The notes beneath the pieces were generated by a model. That model was not told where the DNA came from, searched no databases, and saw only the letters and a program-made list of their open reading frames with translations. Both the position numbers and the translations under genes were made by a program. Positions 47,721-58,014 of a stretch of DNA of 64,000 nucleotides are shown here, piece by piece. Origin of the DNA: Flavobacteriales bacterium (GTDB lineage Bacteria; Bacteroidota; Bacteroidia; Flavobacteriales_D; Sanyastnellaceae). The stretch lies in contig JBKDGH010000118.1 of assembly GCA_046336655.1 (NCBI GenBank), forward strand, positions 1,224-65,223. Reading direction: 5' to 3'. Numbering within the stretch: position 1 is the stretch's first letter; the number at the start of each line of letters is the position of its first letter.

Positions 47721-48763
47721 AAGCGGAACGTACTCCCGGTGGAGTGGCTCTGGCCTCTGCACTGCTCATCACCACACTCACTGCTGTCTCTTACACAGCA
47801 ACAGTCTATTTTCTTGATCACAATCTGGAGTGGATATGGGTAGCTATACTGATAGTACTCGGATTTCCCATTTCGTACTTCACCATTCACTTCTTCATCG
47901 AAAAGTTTCTTTACCATAAGGTAAAAATCATATACAAGACCATCCACCAACTCAAGTCACGGGGCGAACGCACACGAATCAGCATGAGTTCGGACGTGCT
48001 CGGACAGATCAATCAGGAAGTAGCGGACTGGGCCGAAGAGCGCATCCGGGAAGTAAAAACCCTGCAAGCGACAGATAATTTCCGTCGTGACTTCATCGGC
48101 AATCTGGCCCATGAGTTAAAAACCCCGCTGTTCACCATCCAGGGTTATCTCGAAACGCTGATTGAAGGTGACCTCGAGGATCGGGAAACCATTCGCAAGT
48201 TTCTCGAGAAGGCGAATTCGAGTTGCGAGCGTCTTTCGGATCTGATCAAGGACCTCGATCAGATTACACGGTTTGAAAGTGGAAATATGCCGCTGAAGTT
48301 ATCGCGGTTTGATATTGTGGAATTGTCCCGAATGTGCATTGAAAGCCTCGATCAGCGGGCAAGGGAGAAGAACATCAAACTTACTCTTCGCAACCAGAAC
48401 GAGCGGCCGATTTACGTCAACGCAGACAAAGGCCGGATCGAACAGGTTATTCTCAACCTGCTGATCAACAGCATTTCCTACGGCCGGGAGGGAGGTGAAA
48501 CGCGTATCCGCTTTTACGATATGGCCGACAATATTCTCATCGAGGTGGCGGATGATGGAATCGGCATGGCTAAACACCACCTGGCACGGGTATTTGAGCG
48601 GTTTTACCGCGTGGATACGAGCAGAAGCAGGAATGAGGGTGGCTCGGGGCTCGGACTTGCCATCTGCAAACACATCATCGAAAGCCATAAGCAGACCATC
48701 GACGTGAGAAGTACCGAAGGTGTGGGAAGCACGTTTGCGTTTACGCTTCAAAAGGCAGCGTAA
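47717..48763 (+). CDS. sensor histidine kinase (PhoR-like)
   Basis: 2 TM segments, H-box FIGNLAHELKTPL, N box LINSISY, G boxes DDGIGM and GGSGLGLAI. ATGA-type overlap with the regulator gene. Confidence 0.9.
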   Translation: MKAERTPGGVALASALLITTLTAVSYTATVYFLDHNLEWIWVAILIVLGFPISYFTIHFFIEKFLYHKVKIIYKTIHQLKSRGERTRISMSSDVLGQINQEVADWAEERIREVKTLQATDNFRRDFIGNLAHELKTPLFTIQGYLETLIEGDLEDRETIRKFLEKANSSCERLSDLIKDLDQITRFESGNMPLKLSRFDIVELSRMCIESLDQRAREKNIKLTLRNQNERPIYVNADKGRIEQVILNLLINSISYGREGGETRIRFYDMADNILIEVADDGIGMAKHHLARVFERFYRVDTSRSRNEGGSGLGLAICKHIIESHKQTIDVRSTEGVGSTFAFTLQKAA

Positions 48764-49401
48764 GTGGCGCTCACAAACGGGTTGGTGTGCTTTTCATGCC
48801 CCACAGTCGTTTCCGGGCCATGCCCCGGCAGTATCACAAACTCTTCCGGCAACGTGTACATCTTTTCACGGATGCTCTTCACCAGCTGCGCAGCATCGCA
48901 CAGCGGCAGATCCGTGCGCCCTACGCTGCCCAGAAACAGCACATCTCCCGAGAATACTCGCCCCATTCCGTAATGCACAAATGCCACGTGTCCGGGGGAA
49001 TGTCCCGGCACATCAAGCACCTTGAATTCCATATCGCCGGCCGAGACAACATCTCCTTCGCTGACGAACTGATCGGGCAATGGTGACTCGCGGTAAGGTA
49101 CGTCCCACATCAGGCTGGCGGATGGCGCCCGCTCCAGCATGGGAAGTTCATTCCTGGAGGCAATCAGTGGCACAGAATAGCGTTCCTTGCAGGATTTGTT
49201 TCCGAGAATGTGATCCAGATGGCAGTGCGTATTCAGAATAAATTTCGGGGTGTATCCCGCATGTTCGATGAAGCCGAAGAGGAAGTTGTCTTCCTGCTCA
49301 TCCAGCATGCCGGGATCAATGATGACACAGCAGCCATCCGCATCCGCCGCGATATAGGTGTTTTCCTGAAAAGGGTTGAAGGTGAACACATGGATTTTCA
49401 T
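48748..49401 (-). CDS. MBL-fold metallo-hydrolase (glyoxalase II-like)
   Basis: NTHCHLDH (HxHxDH), VPGHSPGH, and the start MKIHVFTFNPFQENTY. Confidence 0.85.
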   Translation of the reverse strand: MKIHVFTFNPFQENTYIAADADGCCVIIDPGMLDEQEDNFLFGFIEHAGYTPKFILNTHCHLDHILGNKSCKERYSVPLIASRNELPMLERAPSASLMWDVPYRESPLPDQFVSEGDVVSAGDMEFKVLDVPGHSPGHVAFVHYGMGRVFSGDVLFLGSVGRTDLPLCDAAQLVKSIREKMYTLPEEFVILPGHGPETTVGHEKHTNPFVSATYAAF

Positions 49402-49529
49402 GGTGCAAAGATGAGCGAACACAAGTGGGGAGTAGCATGCACTTATTGTATTGTGTTGAAAGAGTCCTCGCAGCGCTATGAGCCTTGCCGAGCCGCTTCG
49501 TCGATTATCTTTACCGGACCGCAGCCCGC

Positions 49530-52500
49530 ATGATCAGAATTCTCCCGATCCTGGTATTTCTTGCACTCACTTCTCGGGTGTCCTATTCCCAGTTCTATCA
49601 GGGATCAAATGTGGAATTCGGTAAAAACCGCATTCAGTATAAGGATTTTGAGTGGTTCTATTATCCCGGTGAAAATTTCGAGGTCTATTACTACCTCGGA
49701 GGCGAGCAACTCGCCCAATACACGCTGGTGTCGGCGGAGAAGAATCTGGTGGATATTCAGCAATTCTTTGACTATGCGCTGGAGGATAAGGTGCAGATTC
49801 TCACTTATCTCAAACAATCCGAATTCAGGCAGAGCAACATCGGAATCACCGGTGATGATCAGTTTAACATCGGCGGCTCTGCGCGTATTATGGGTAGCAA
49901 GTTATTTGTGTATTACGAAGGCGACCATCGCAAAATGGAGCGACAGGTGCGGGAGAGTATTTCCCGATTGGTCTTTTCGCAAATGATGTATGGAGGTGAC
50001 TGGAAAGATGTGCTTAAGAGCTCCACATTGCTTTCGATTCCAAAATGGTATGAAGAGGGAATCATCCGCTACGCCGCACAGGGAAGCACTTCTCAGGCGG
50101 AATGGTTCATGCGTGATAAAGCCAACTCGCCCCGTTTCAAATCAATGAACAGGCTCTACGGAGAAGAGGCTGCACTCGGCGGTGAAGCCTTCTGGAGTTA
50201 CATCGCGGAGGTATACGGTTCCTCTGTGATTCCAAACATCCTCTACATGGCCCGGGTGAGCAGAAATGTGGAAAGCGGGTTTTTGTTTGTGCTCGGACAG
50301 TCCATGGATTCGCTCACCAGAGACTTCATCCGGTATCATCAGTCCAGATTCGACGGTCCGCGGCTCAATGCATTGCCCGGTGAACCGGAACAGCCTGAAG
50401 GCAGCGATAAGCAGGCAGTTGCGGAATGGAGAAAGCGCTCCCGGCAAATGGGTCAACTCGGTGTGAAGTACAAAAAGAAATACCGCTACACGCATTTCAG
50501 CCTGTCGCCTGAAGGCAACGTCATGGCCTATGTGACCAATGAAATGGGGCAGTACCGCGTGTGGCTATACGACCGGTCTTCGGGCAGCAATAAATGCATC
50601 CTGAAGCGCGAGTACCGGTTGGATCGTATTCAGGATGAAAGTTTCCCCGAACTGGCCTGGCATCCGTCGGGTGAGATACTCACCATCGTAACGGAAATGA
50701 AGGGAAGGGCATTCATCGGTCAGTATAGCCTTGAAGAAAAGAAGTGGAATGAAAAGGAGCTTTTCCGGTTAGAAAAGGTTATTTCCATGGACTACAGCCG
50801 TGACGGGAAGAAGATCATCATGAGCGGCGTCAACCGCGGTCAGACGGATCTCTACCTCTATCAGGTCATAGGCAATAACTATGAGCAATTGACCAATGAT
50901 ATTTACGATGACCTCAATCCGAAATTCATTGGAAATGGTGAATCAGTGATTTTTTCGTCCAACCGCACGGATGATACACTTCGTAAGGACGTGCCGCTGA
51001 ATGTGTATGCAACGAAAAAGGACATTTTCATTTTTTCTCTGGAGAACCGCTCGCTGGAGCAATTGACACGCACTCCGGAGGTGGATGATGATTATCCCTC
51101 TGGCTACAGCAACAAGAATTACACGTACCTCTCCGAGTCCGGCAACGTCAGTAACAGGTATTTGTCCCGCGTGGACAGCACCATTGCGCGCGTGGACACC
51201 GTAATTCATTACCGCTACTTCACCGTAAGTCAGTTGCTTTCGGATTTCCCCCGGTCACCCGACCACTACCTGTTTAATGAGCTCGCAGGCAACTATGCGC
51301 TCACATTCAAACGGGGAATGAAACCGGTGGTGTATTTCGGAGAGCGTACAAGAGATAAAGCCTTCGGAAATGCACTTTCCACTGAGCCTGTGATTCGTCA
51401 GGAACAGACTTCACAGGAAGGTAGTCTTCAGTACGGGGGTGAGGACCTGCCTCCGGATCAGGTGAATATCAGAAGTTATGAGTTTGAAGACGAAAGAAAG
51501 GATTATCAATACAACAAGCAAACTGTGCGAATGACTGAGGTGGGGTCTCCGGCAGCTGCTGCAAAGACGGATACGACAACGGCTTTTCAGCTGCCCAAAT
51601 CGCGCAACTACAGGTTGAATTTCGCAACGGATTATGTGCTTACTCAGGTAGATAACAGTTTCACCAGTGCGTTCTATCAGAATTTTTCAGGCCCGACGAG
51701 CATCAATCCCGGTATATCAGGATTGATCAAAGTGGGTGTGAGCGACCTGTTTGAGGATTATAAGGTAGTGGGTGGATTTCGCCTGAGCGGCGATTTGCAG
51801 AACAACGACTATGGCGTCAGCTTCGAAAACATCAAAAGCCGGTGGGATAAGCGGATCATGTTCCAGCGCCAGTCTCAGTTTCAGGCAGTGCAATTCAATT
51901 TCTTCAAGGTCAATACCCACAGTTTCACCTGGCAATGGCGCTATCCCTTCTCCGAGCTTTCGTCGGTGCGAATCACAGGATTGTTACGGCATGACCGCAT
52001 CGTGCTGCTCTCAGTTGATCCGCAAAGTCTTTCCACACCCAACTTCAATGAGTACAACGCGGGTGTAAAGCTGGAATATGTATTTGACAACACGATCAAC
52101 CGTGGGCTAAATCTCTACAACGGAACACGCTATAAATTCTGGCTGGAGCGCTATCAGCAACCCGATAAATGGGAGCAGCGAACGGACTTTAATGTCGCGG
52201 GCTTCGACTTCAGACATTACCGCAGGATTCACCGCGAATTGATTGCCGCTGTGAGATTAGCCGGTGCAACTACATTCGGATATTACCGTCTCATTCATTA
52301 CCTCGGAGGGGTGGACAACTGGTTATTCCAACGCATAGATGACGCCACACCGATTTCCAATGAACAGAATTACAGCTTCCAGAGTTTCGCCGGGCCGATG
52401 CGTGGTTTTCTGGTGAATGCGCGAAATGGTAACTCGGTAGCCATGGCAAGCTCAGAGATCCGCTGGCCGGTATTCAAGCACCTGCTCAACAAACCGATTC

Positions 52501-52790
52501 GCAGTGACTTCGTGGAGAATTTTCAGGTAGTTGGCTTTCTTGATGCGGGCTCGGCATGGACAGGACGAGACCCTTATTCAGATGAAAACTCGTTCAATCA
52601 AACCGTAATCGAACAGAATCCGGTGACGGTGACCGTGGACAACAACCGCGAACCGATTATATACGGCTATGGATTTGGACTGCGCTCGCGTGTGTTGGGT
52701 TATTTCATGCGTGCTGACTGGGCGTGGGGTGTTGACGACGGCCAGATTCAGCCCCGCGTATTCTACCTCAGTCTCAATCTCGATTTTTAA
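49530..52790 (+). CDS. large outer-membrane protein: TolB-like PD40 beta-propeller region plus C-terminal Omp85/BamA-like barrel
   Basis: Signal ...SRVSYS|QF. PD40-like strands (LSPEGNVMAYVTNEMGQYRVWLYD, YSRDGKKIIMSGVNRGQTDLYLY). C-terminus GFLDAGSAW...YGYGFGLRSRVLGYFMRADWAWG...LSLNLDF. Confidence 0.5.
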   Translation: MIRILPILVFLALTSRVSYSQFYQGSNVEFGKNRIQYKDFEWFYYPGENFEVYYYLGGEQLAQYTLVSAEKNLVDIQQFFDYALEDKVQILTYLKQSEFRQSNIGITGDDQFNIGGSARIMGSKLFVYYEGDHRKMERQVRESISRLVFSQMMYGGDWKDVLKSSTLLSIPKWYEEGIIRYAAQGSTSQAEWFMRDKANSPRFKSMNRLYGEEAALGGEAFWSYIAEVYGSSVIPNILYMARVSRNVESGFLFVLGQSMDSLTRDFIRYHQSRFDGPRLNALPGEPEQPEGSDKQAVAEWRKRSRQMGQLGVKYKKKYRYTHFSLSPEGNVMAYVTNEMGQYRVWLYDRSSGSNKCILKREYRLDRIQDESFPELAWHPSGEILTIVTEMKGRAFIGQYSLEEKKWNEKELFRLEKVISMDYSRDGKKIIMSGVNRGQTDLYLYQVIGNNYEQLTNDIYDDLNPKFIGNGESVIFSSNRTDDTLRKDVPLNVYATKKDIFIFSLENRSLEQLTRTPEVDDDYPSGYSNKNYTYLSESGNVSNRYLSRVDSTIARVDTVIHYRYFTVSQLLSDFPRSPDHYLFNELAGNYALTFKRGMKPVVYFGERTRDKAFGNALSTEPVIRQEQTSQEGSLQYGGEDLPPDQVNIRSYEFEDERKDYQYNKQTVRMTEVGSPAAAAKTDTTTAFQLPKSRNYRLNFATDYVLTQVDNSFTSAFYQNFSGPTSINPGISGLIKVGVSDLFEDYKVVGGFRLSGDLQNNDYGVSFENIKSRWDKRIMFQRQSQFQAVQFNFFKVNTHSFTWQWRYPFSELSSVRITGLLRHDRIVLLSVDPQSLSTPNFNEYNAGVKLEYVFDNTINRGLNLYNGTRYKFWLERYQQPDKWEQRTDFNVAGFDFRHYRRIHRELIAAVRLAGATTFGYYRLIHYLGGVDNWLFQRIDDATPISNEQNYSFQSFAGPMRGFLVNARNGNSVAMASSEIRWPVFKHLLNKPIRSDFVENFQVVGFLDAGSAWTGRDPYSDENSFNQTVIEQNPVTVTVDNNREPIIYGYGFGLRSRVLGYFMRADWAWGVDDGQIQPRVFYLSLNLDF

Positions 52791-52794
52791 TTGG

Positions 52795-53847
52795 TCACTT
52801 CGTGTGGTATACGACGTGCATCAGGGTGCGCCCGACCGCTTCAAGCGTGGCCGGATCAATGTTCTCCAGATTGTCGCTGTGCGTGTGGTGAGTGTTGCCG
52901 AACTCATAACCCCCAAATCCCATCGCCTTGGTAGCAGGCCGCATGTCAATGATGTCAATCGAGCGCACACCTGCCATATTCATAAAGATGTGATCATCCG
53001 TGATCTCTCCGGTTACGGGCTCCTGAAACAATTCCGCATAACCCAGTTGAGCCGCAGTGGACCACACGCGGTTCACCACGTCCGGCGCCACTTGCATGGA
53101 AACACCTTCCCGGTTGAAGCGCGCGTTTTTGCCTCCCACCATGTCGAGCAGAATACCGAACATCGCCTGATATCCGGGCCGGTGCGGATTCTTCTGCCAA
53201 TACTGTGATCCGAGACACCAGAACAGGTAGTCCTCCGGACTGTCCCCGCTGTCCCACTCTGGCCGCCCGTAATCTTCCGCATCAAAGAAGATGATGTCTA
53301 CCCCAATCGAAGGCGGATTAGCCTGAAGCAAGCGCGCAAGTTCCAGCAGCACTGCCACTCCGCTCGCACCGTCATTCGCACCGTCAATCGGTCTTTTCTG
53401 CTTCGCCGGATCAGGGTCTTTGTCGCCATACGGACGGGTGTCCCAGTGCGCGGCGAGCAGAACGCGCTTGCGGGCGTTGGGATTGAATTCAGCAATGATG
53501 TTGCGCATGCGAAGCGGTGTGCCGTCCCACGCGTTGACCGTTGTCCGCTGTTCAATTACTTCAGCACCGTATTGCTTCATGCGCGCCTTTATCCAGTCTC
53601 CTGTGCGTTCGTGTGCTTTAGTATTGGGAACACGCGGACCGAAGTTCACCTGTGTGGTCAGGAAGAACATCGCGGAATCAGCATTGAATGGAGGTACGTT
53701 GACCTTTGGTTCGGCATGTTTTTCAGGCGGATCTGGAGTGTCTCCTCCGGTTTTTGGGATTCCTGAATCACAGGTTTGCAGCACCATTACTCCGGCGAAA
53801 GCCGCCAGCAGAAACAATGCAATCAGTCGGGTGCGTTTACTGCTCAT
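52795..53847 (-). CDS. M28-fold lipoprotein, probable type II glutaminyl cyclase
   Basis: FNADSAMFFLTTQVNFGPRVPNT.AH, LLAAHWDTRPYGD, GANDGASGVAVLLELARLL and FFDAEDYG. The size and motifs resemble Bacteroidota glutaminyl cyclases; an aminopeptidase is not excluded. Confidence 0.6.
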   Translation of the reverse strand: MSSKRTRLIALFLLAAFAGVMVLQTCDSGIPKTGGDTPDPPEKHAEPKVNVPPFNADSAMFFLTTQVNFGPRVPNTKAHERTGDWIKARMKQYGAEVIEQRTTVNAWDGTPLRMRNIIAEFNPNARKRVLLAAHWDTRPYGDKDPDPAKQKRPIDGANDGASGVAVLLELARLLQANPPSIGVDIIFFDAEDYGRPEWDSGDSPEDYLFWCLGSQYWQKNPHRPGYQAMFGILLDMVGGKNARFNREGVSMQVAPDVVNRVWSTAAQLGYAELFQEPVTGEITDDHIFMNMAGVRSIDIIDMRPATKAMGFGGYEFGNTHHTHSDNLENIDPATLEAVGRTLMHVVYHTK

Positions 53848-55309
53848 AGGTCCACGTTGCTCCTTCTTTCGTATCTTTTATCTGCACGTTCAGCGAAGCC
53901 AACGTGTCTCGTATTTTATCGGATGTGGCAAAATCTTTTTTCTGTCTCGCTTCCGCGCGCAATGAAAGTATGAACGACATGAGCTGATCGGTGAGTTGTC
54001 CGGTAGCGGAGTCTGAAGCTTCTTCCTTCAATCCGAGAATGACCAGGGCGTAATCGTTGAACAGGTGTTTGAGTTCTTTGATCTGACTTTCCGTGACGGT
54101 CTGATGTCCCTCTGAACAAGAATTCACAATCCTTACCGCCTCAAACAAATGCGCAATCACCACGGGCGTGTTGAGGTCATCATTCATCGCTTCCCTGCAC
54201 GCCTTGCGAACCGCTGACACATCCACAGATCCTTCCGCGGCCGGCCGCAGCTTGCTTACAGCTGCGATGGCGCTCATCAGCCTGCGATATCCTTTTTCAG
54301 CAGCCTGCAGTGCCTCATTGCTAAAATCAAGCGTACTGCGGTAGTGGGCCTGAAGCATAAAGAAGCGCACAACCATCGGCGAATAACCCTGAGCGAGCAA
54401 TTCGTGGCTTCCTTCGAATAGTTCGTGAGGAAGAAACGAATTACCGAGTGACTTGGACATTTTCTGTCCATTCACAGTGAGCATATTTCCGTGAAGCCAG
54501 TATTTCACCGGCCCGTGGCCGCAACATGCAGTGTTCTGAGCGACTTCTGATTCATGGTGCGGAAACTTGAGGTCCATGCCGCCGCCGTGTATGTCAAAGC
54601 GATCACCGAGGTATTTCGTACTCATTGCTGAACACTCGAGGTGCCAGCCGGGAAAGCCTTCTCCCCAAGGACTGTCCCAGCGCATAACGTGCTCCGGTGC
54701 CGCTTTCTTCCACAAGGCAAAATCAGCAAAAAACCGTTTTTCATCTTGTCCGTCGAGCTCGCGTGTATTTTCAAGAAGCTCGTCCACATTCCTTCCGCTC
54801 AGTTCGCCATAGGGGTATTGCTTCATATACGCCTGTACATCGAAATACACACTGCCGTTCACCTCATAGGCGAGGTCTTTGGCCAGAATTTTTTTAACCA
54901 TGTCAATCTGCTCGATGATATGGCCGGTGGCGGTTGGCTCAATGGAAGGCGGCTCGGTGTTGAGCTGCTGCAGCACCCAGTGAAAATAGACCGTGTATTT
55001 ATGGGCAACTTCCATCGGCTCGAGTTGCTCAAGTTTTGCCTGTGCTCCGATGCGATCTACGCCTTCATCAAACTCAGAGGTAATGTGCCCTACATCGGTA
55101 ATGTTGCGTACGTACCTCACTCGGTATCCAAGGTATTTCAGATAGCGGTAGAGTATATCAAAAGTGACGTAGGTTCTCGCATTCCCGAGGTGGGCATAAT
55201 TGTACACTGTGGGGCCGCATACGTAGAGTCCTACAAAGGGAGGGCGAATCGGTTCAAAGACCTCTTTTTGTCGGGTCAGGCTGTTGTAAAGAAGCAAATC
55301 AGGTTGCAT
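53837..55309 (-). CDS. cysS: cysteine--tRNA ligase
   Basis: [18 protein letters not shown] (HIGH-type), the KMSKS motif in [10 protein letters not shown], and [10 protein letters not shown]. Confidence 0.95.
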   Translation of the reverse strand: MQPDLLLYNSLTRQKEVFEPIRPPFVGLYVCGPTVYNYAHLGNARTYVTFDILYRYLKYLGYRVRYVRNITDVGHITSEFDEGVDRIGAQAKLEQLEPMEVAHKYTVYFHWVLQQLNTEPPSIEPTATGHIIEQIDMVKKILAKDLAYEVNGSVYFDVQAYMKQYPYGELSGRNVDELLENTRELDGQDEKRFFADFALWKKAAPEHVMRWDSPWGEGFPGWHLECSAMSTKYLGDRFDIHGGGMDLKFPHHESEVAQNTACCGHGPVKYWLHGNMLTVNGQKMSKSLGNSFLPHELFEGSHELLAQGYSPMVVRFFMLQAHYRSTLDFSNEALQAAEKGYRRLMSAIAAVSKLRPAAEGSVDVSAVRKACREAMNDDLNTPVVIAHLFEAVRIVNSCSEGHQTVTESQIKELKHLFNDYALVILGLKEEASDSATGQLTDQLMSFILSLRAEARQKKDFATSDKIRDTLASLNVQIKDTKEGATWTYEQ

Positions 55310-55399
55310 GGGTACAAAGAAAAGAAACCCCGGCAATCTTGCCGGGGTATATCTGGATTATCAATACGAAGCCAGTGTTGAAGACTCAGGACGGCGCAC

Positions 55400-56302
55400 T
55401 CACAAATCGGCCTCCGGAATAACTCCCGTGCCTACGAAGCGTCCGTTTTTATAGATTTCGATGCGCACGAGAATTCCATCGTTGTTGTACTTGAATATTT
55501 TCCCGTTCATCAGGCGGCCTTTGAAGAACTCTCCTGTTTGGGTAATGTCGCCGTTTTTGTTGTACAGGGTGTTAAAACCATTGGGCTTGAATGATTCCGC
55601 TGCATTTGGTTTATCCACCGCAGTCTTGCTGCTCTTTCCGACTTCCCCGTCATATGGGTCAATTGTTGGAACTTCTTTCTTCGCAATCTGGCTGGAGTGC
55701 ACCACAAGGCTTCCCGGCACCATGATTCCTTTCTCAAAACGCTTTTCTTCCACCAGCGTGCCGCGATCGTCGTAGCGCTTGCTTATGCCGTTTTCCTGAC
55801 CATTGACCAACACCACTTCAAGTTCAGTTAATCCGTTTTCATGGAAGTACTTCTGCACCCCGTTGCGCTTTCCGGATTCATTGAACACAAAGAACTGTTG
55901 AGGATTGCCATTCGGATGAAATCGACGGAATTCGCCAATGTTTTTGTTGACTACCCACGTTCCGGTTTCCTCAGTATTGCCGTTTTCGTAGTACAGGGTA
56001 TACACGCCATGAGGTCTTCCTCCGAGGTATTGAATCTGACTTCTGAGCTTTCCGCCCGGCCAGTATTTCTTCCATACCCCTTCCCGGCGGTCATCCCGGT
56101 ATAAGCCCTCTTCCACGGTCTCGTCAGGAGCGTACGACCGGTCATTGGACATGAACCCATTGATCACCCAGTAGCCCTGGCGTTTTCCGAATTCATCGAT
56201 CTGATTTTGCCCGCCTCCATATGAGGCAATCGCCTGCAGGCTGGCCATCGCGGCCGCCACCAGTGTAAGCAGAACGGAGAGTGAAAATGTGCGTCGTAAC
56301 AT
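55400..56302 (-). CDS. secreted MORN-repeat-variant (YwqK-like) protein
   Basis: Signal peptide, then repeated G.W..Y..NG....E..Y..G..HG units such as GVWKKYWPGGKLRSQIQYLGGRPHGVYTLYYENG. Confidence 0.6.
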   Translation of the reverse strand: MLRRTFSLSVLLTLVAAAMASLQAIASYGGGQNQIDEFGKRQGYWVINGFMSNDRSYAPDETVEEGLYRDDRREGVWKKYWPGGKLRSQIQYLGGRPHGVYTLYYENGNTEETGTWVVNKNIGEFRRFHPNGNPQQFFVFNESGKRNGVQKYFHENGLTELEVVLVNGQENGISKRYDDRGTLVEEKRFEKGIMVPGSLVVHSSQIAKKEVPTIDPYDGEVGKSSKTAVDKPNAAESFKPNGFNTLYNKNGDITQTGEFFKGRLMNGKIFKYNNDGILVRIEIYKNGRFVGTGVIPEADL

Positions 56303-56348
56303 GGCTTTGAGGCAATGATTTGTATGCCTTCTACGCCATGCAACTTCT

Positions 56349-57314
56349 TCAGGTTACACTCATGGCTGATTTTTTCTTTCGGATCTCAGACAGCATTTTT
56401 TCGGTCAGCCTCGACAAATCGAACTGAGGCTTCCATCCCCAGTCAGTGCGCGCAGCGGAATCATCAATGCTGTCGGGCCATGAATCGGCCAGCTGTTGAC
56501 GAAAGTCCGGGCGGTAGCTGATGGTGAATCCAGGCAGGTGTCGCGCGATTTCCGCGCTGATGGATTCCGGCGTAAAACTCATTCCCGCGAGGTTGTAACT
56601 GCTGCGGATCTTTACTGACTCAGCCGGTGCTTCCATCAATTCAATGGTGGCCCGGATGGCGTCTTCCATCATCATCATGGGCAGCATGGTTTGCGCCGAA
56701 AGGAAACATTCGTAATGGCCCTTTTCAAGTGCGGAATAGAATATATCTACGGCATAATCCGTAGTGCCACCGCCAGGTGCAGAACGGTAGCCGATCAATC
56801 CGGGATACCGGATGCTGCGCACATCCACGCCATACTTGAGGTGGTAGTACTCGCACCAGCGTTCGCCCGCTTGCTTGGAAATGCCGTATACGCTGGTTGG
56901 CTCCATTATAGTGCGCTGAGGAGTCATTTCCCTCGGCGAGGTGGGTCCGAATACCGCAATCGAACTGGGCCAGAAGAGCTTTTTTACTTTTCCGGAACGG
57001 CAAAGTTCAAGGAGAATGAACAGACCGTTCATGTTCAGATTCCAGGCCTTGTCAGGAAAGCGCTCGCTGGTCGCCGAGAGAAGCGCAGCCAGCTGATATA
57101 CTTCTTCAACCTGAAATTTGTCAATGGCTGCAGCAACGGCTTCTCTGTCAAGTGTATCAAGAGTGATATACGGGCCTGCAAGCAGGTCGGGATTGTCTGT
57201 CTCCCGGAGGTCCGCCGCAATCACGCGGTCGTTGCCCCATTTTGCTCTCAGAGCCAGAACAAGCTCGGTGCCGATCTGCCCCGAAGCTCCGATAATCAGT
57301 ATGTTTCCCTGCAT
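56349..57314 (-). CDS. NAD-dependent epimerase/dehydratase family, L-threonine 3-dehydrogenase-like
   Basis: ILIIGASGQIGTEL and YGISKQAGE (YxxxK). The extended-SDR length and N-terminus resemble short-chain TDH. Confidence 0.7.
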   Translation of the reverse strand: MQGNILIIGASGQIGTELVLALRAKWGNDRVIAADLRETDNPDLLAGPYITLDTLDREAVAAAIDKFQVEEVYQLAALLSATSERFPDKAWNLNMNGLFILLELCRSGKVKKLFWPSSIAVFGPTSPREMTPQRTIMEPTSVYGISKQAGERWCEYYHLKYGVDVRSIRYPGLIGYRSAPGGGTTDYAVDIFYSALEKGHYECFLSAQTMLPMMMMEDAIRATIELMEAPAESVKIRSSYNLAGMSFTPESISAEIARHLPGFTISYRPDFRQQLADSWPDSIDDSAARTDWGWKPQFDLSRLTEKMLSEIRKKKSAMSVT

Positions 57315-57528
57315 AGTAAATGCACCAGGTTCATTGCACTGGTATGGGCCAAATGTAGCAAAGCGCTACACTTAACCAAAAGGAGTTAGACGGGTGGGTG
57401 AGGTGCAGGTAGCAGCTTGTTCCGATATTCACGGCGGATAATTGGCCTTACTTGTGCATTTTTACATTTTTTACTGACCTGTGATCTTTTCATTGTTCTC
57501 CCCCTCCGGTACTGATGGCGAACTCAGC

Positions 57529-58014
57529 ATGGCTGAGTACAAGGGGTTGTTTGATCAGTTTTTCAAACCCATCCGGAATTATATCTACTACCGTTGTGGT
57601 GATCCGGATATGGCACAAGATATTGCACAGGATGTTTTTCTGAAATTGTGGGAAATGCGCTCGCGCATTGACCGGCGCACAGTGAAAGCGTATCTGTATA
57701 CGATCGCGCTGCACATGACCATTAACCAGATCAAGCGCAGACAACTTCATTTCCGGTTTGTAAAGACGAAAGGAGAGGACAAGGAATTTGATACTCCCGA
57801 GAAGATTGCAGAGATGGATCAGTATCACATCAGGCTTCAGGAGGTCATCAATTCACTACCCGAGGGTGGTCGTGAGGTTTTTCTCATGAATCGTTTGGAG
57901 GATCTCACCTACAATGAAATCGCCGCGCGCCTGGGATTGTCTGTGAAGGCAGTGGAAAAAAGAATGAGCAAGGTGCTGAAGATTCTTCGTGATCAACTCG
58001 GCACAGAGCTATGA
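57529..58014 (+). CDS. ECF-type RNA polymerase sigma-70 factor
   Basis: Region 2 DIAQDVFLKLWE and region 4 LTYNEIAARLGLSVKAVEKRMSKVL. The stop overlaps the receptor start (ATGA). Confidence 0.85.
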   Translation: MAEYKGLFDQFFKPIRNYIYYRCGDPDMAQDIAQDVFLKLWEMRSRIDRRTVKAYLYTIALHMTINQIKRRQLHFRFVKTKGEDKEFDTPEKIAEMDQYHIRLQEVINSLPEGGREVFLMNRLEDLTYNEIAARLGLSVKAVEKRMSKVLKILRDQLGTEL

